A model generated the notes under the pieces. The model was not told where the DNA came from and did not search any database. It saw only the letters and a list, made by a program, of their open reading frames with translations. Source: Convolutriloba macropyga (Eukaryota). Taken from it: 64,000 bases of DNA. Positions 62,148 to 64,000 of the stretch are shown here, one piece after another (position 1 is the stretch's first letter; each line of letters starts with the position of its first letter). The translations under genes and the position numbers were made by a program. The stretch is from the NCBI RefSeq assembly GCF_964194025.1, contig NC_134476.1, positions 16,988,001-17,052,000 on the forward strand, written 5' to 3'.

Positions 62148-62800
62148 CCCGGGCCGAGGAATTTAGCCAAAATTATGTGAGATCAGCGGCAACTAGCGTT
62201 GACAAGTCGGAAAATTCACCGCAAGTTTTTTACATAATTTTGCGTTGAATGCGTTAAATTTAAAGACAAAAATTCAACGCATTCAACGCAAAATTATGTA
62301 AGAAAATTGCGGTGATTTTTCCGAATTCTCAACGCTAGTTGCCGCTGATCTTACAAATTTAGCGTTGAATTTAGCGTAGATCTTACATATTTAGCGTTGA
62401 ATTTAGCGTAGATCTCACACATTTAGCGTTAAATTTAGCGTAGATCTTACATATTTACCGTTGAATTTAGCGTAGATCTTACATATTTAGCGTTGAATTT
62501 AGCGTAGATCTTACATATTTAGCGTTGAACTTAGCGTAGATCTTACATATTTAGCGTTGAATTTAGCGTAGATCTTACATATTTAGCGTTGAATTTAGCC
62601 TAGATCTTACATATTTAGCGTTGAATTTAGCGTAGATCTTACATATTTAGCGTTGAATTTAGCCTAGATCTTACATATTTAGCGTTGAATTTAGCGTAGA
62701 TCTTACATATTTAGCGTTGAATTTAGCGTAGATCTTACATATTCAGCGTTGAATATAGCGTAGATCTTACATATTTAGCGTTGAATATAGAATATATAGA
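62148..62800. mobile_element. CCCGGGCCGAGG-terminal element with an ~80-bp-arm hairpin and an expanded 32-bp array
   Basis: Same terminus as the MITE at 25786. Inverted repeat at 62180-62351. No right TIR seen. Confidence 0.65.
62347..62790. repeat. 32-bp minisatellite gatcttacatatttagcgttgaatttagcgta, ~14 copies
   Basis: Near-perfect units with no unique spacers. Confidence 0.97.
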
Positions 62801-63179
62801 ATATGAAGATCTACACTAAGAAAAGCTTTACGTTTTTTCGATTTTTTCCACATCGTATAGTTACCTGAATCAGCTTCATCTGATTTTATTGTCAACTCAG
62901 AAAACAGCCAGCCAGCAGCAGAGAGCTAAAATAGGTTTACTACTGTCGGAAAAAAAACATCGGTTGATCTAACGAACAACTTTGAGATTTTCCAGTATGC
63001 TTTGGGTGTGTTCCCCTCCTCCTTCTCTCAACCGGGCTGGGGACCGGCTACGGCGGAGTTACAAACAACTATAGGAGAATTGAGTCCAAGCAAACGGCAA
63101 AAATCCGTGCTATAAGACTCTCCCCCAGGAAAACCAAATAAATAAAACAAAACAAATTGTAACCTAGCAAAAATAATAC

Positions 63180-63870
63180 ATAGCGAATAAGTCGATACTT
63201 CGGATTGAAATAAGAACTTTTTTCTAGGGAAGTTAGGCGGACCATTCTTTTTGCATTACAGCATAAATAGTACTGGTAGTCTGGGATATCAATTTGGTTC
63301 ACTTTGAAAAACTCCTTGACACGATAAAATAGACCTATTTCTAAAATTCGCTAATCGCGAAATTCGCAACTTTCCGTATGAAAAACTAACTTTTCTCCTA
63401 GGCAAGCTCTAGCAAAAATTATTTTTGTTTAGATTCTAGGTACACAGGGGATACTCTATGCCAAGTTTGGTTAGATTTGAATAACTCCTTGACCTGATGA
63501 AATTTCTATATTTTTGAAAATAGAAAAAGCTAATAAGTCGATATTTCCGATTGAAATACGAACTTTTTTCCTAGGCAAGATATACCAAAAATTCTTGACG
63601 TATTAGACTCGGTATACAAATGGGAACTCTGACTATGAGTTTCAATTGATTCGAACAACTCCTTGATCCGATGAAAAAGACCTATTTTTAGAATTCAGTA
63701 TTTCAAATTTTCGCAAATTTCCAAATAAAGACCTAACCTTTTTCCTAGGCAAGCTATACCAAAAAATCTTGACGTATTAGACTTCGTATACAAATGGGAA
63801 CTCTGGCTATGAGTTTGAATTGATTTGAACAACTCCTTGATCCGATGAAAAACACCTATTTTTAAAAATG
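63180..63870. repeat. Second, sequence-unrelated ~174-bp tandem array (4 units)
   Basis: ctccttga motif at 63312, 63485, 63659 and 63833, with a c(c)tagg motif once per unit. Confidence 0.85.
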
Positions 63871-63874
63871 CTTA

Positions 63875-64000
63875 TTGGCGGGCTTCAAGCACATGCTGAA
63901 TTTGAAGTCCTGGTTCATTAGATGTTTGTAGAAACAATGATGGTTGTCTTGGCCGTGGTGGTATTGGGGGCGGCTGATTGAAGATGTTACTGCTGTTCTG
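63875..64000 (-). mobile_element. Fragment of Pao 2 gag region
   Basis: Near-identical to ~57972-58088. Confidence 0.9.

Noticed and set aside
62347-62790. CRISPR-like 32-bp repeats
   Set aside because: Units are head-to-tail with no unique spacers, there are no cas genes, and the context is eukaryotic.

Overview
AT-rich eukaryotic (metazoan-like, probably invertebrate) repeat-dense window with one 200-N scaffold gap and no intact multi-exon host gene. The right two-thirds is decayed retroelements. There is a minus-strand CR1/L2-group LINE (27.7-31.0 kb) and a plus-strand CR1/L2-group LINE with an SGNH-esterase ORF1 and a 2A-like peptide, partly tandem-duplicated (31.8-39.2 kb). There are also two full-length BEL/Pao LTR retrotransposons with matched LTRs and 5-bp TSDs (40229-49528, 50969-61449); the second carries a ~174-bp tandem array in its 5' leader. 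The left third holds what looks like a cluster of four degenerate paralogues of an unassigned type-II membrane protein family, two of them in the arms of a ~7.8-kb imperfect palindrome. It also holds two putative spliced C1q-like exons, a hAT transposase remnant and many CACTA/EnSpm-like and Merlin-like MITEs. Recurrent themes are kb-scale tandem duplications, snap-back or templated insertions, two unrelated satellites with the same ~174-bp period, and the same DD-to-DE change in the RT catalytic motif of both LINEs. All alignments were done by eye; boundaries not anchored by a TSD, TIR or splice site are approximate.
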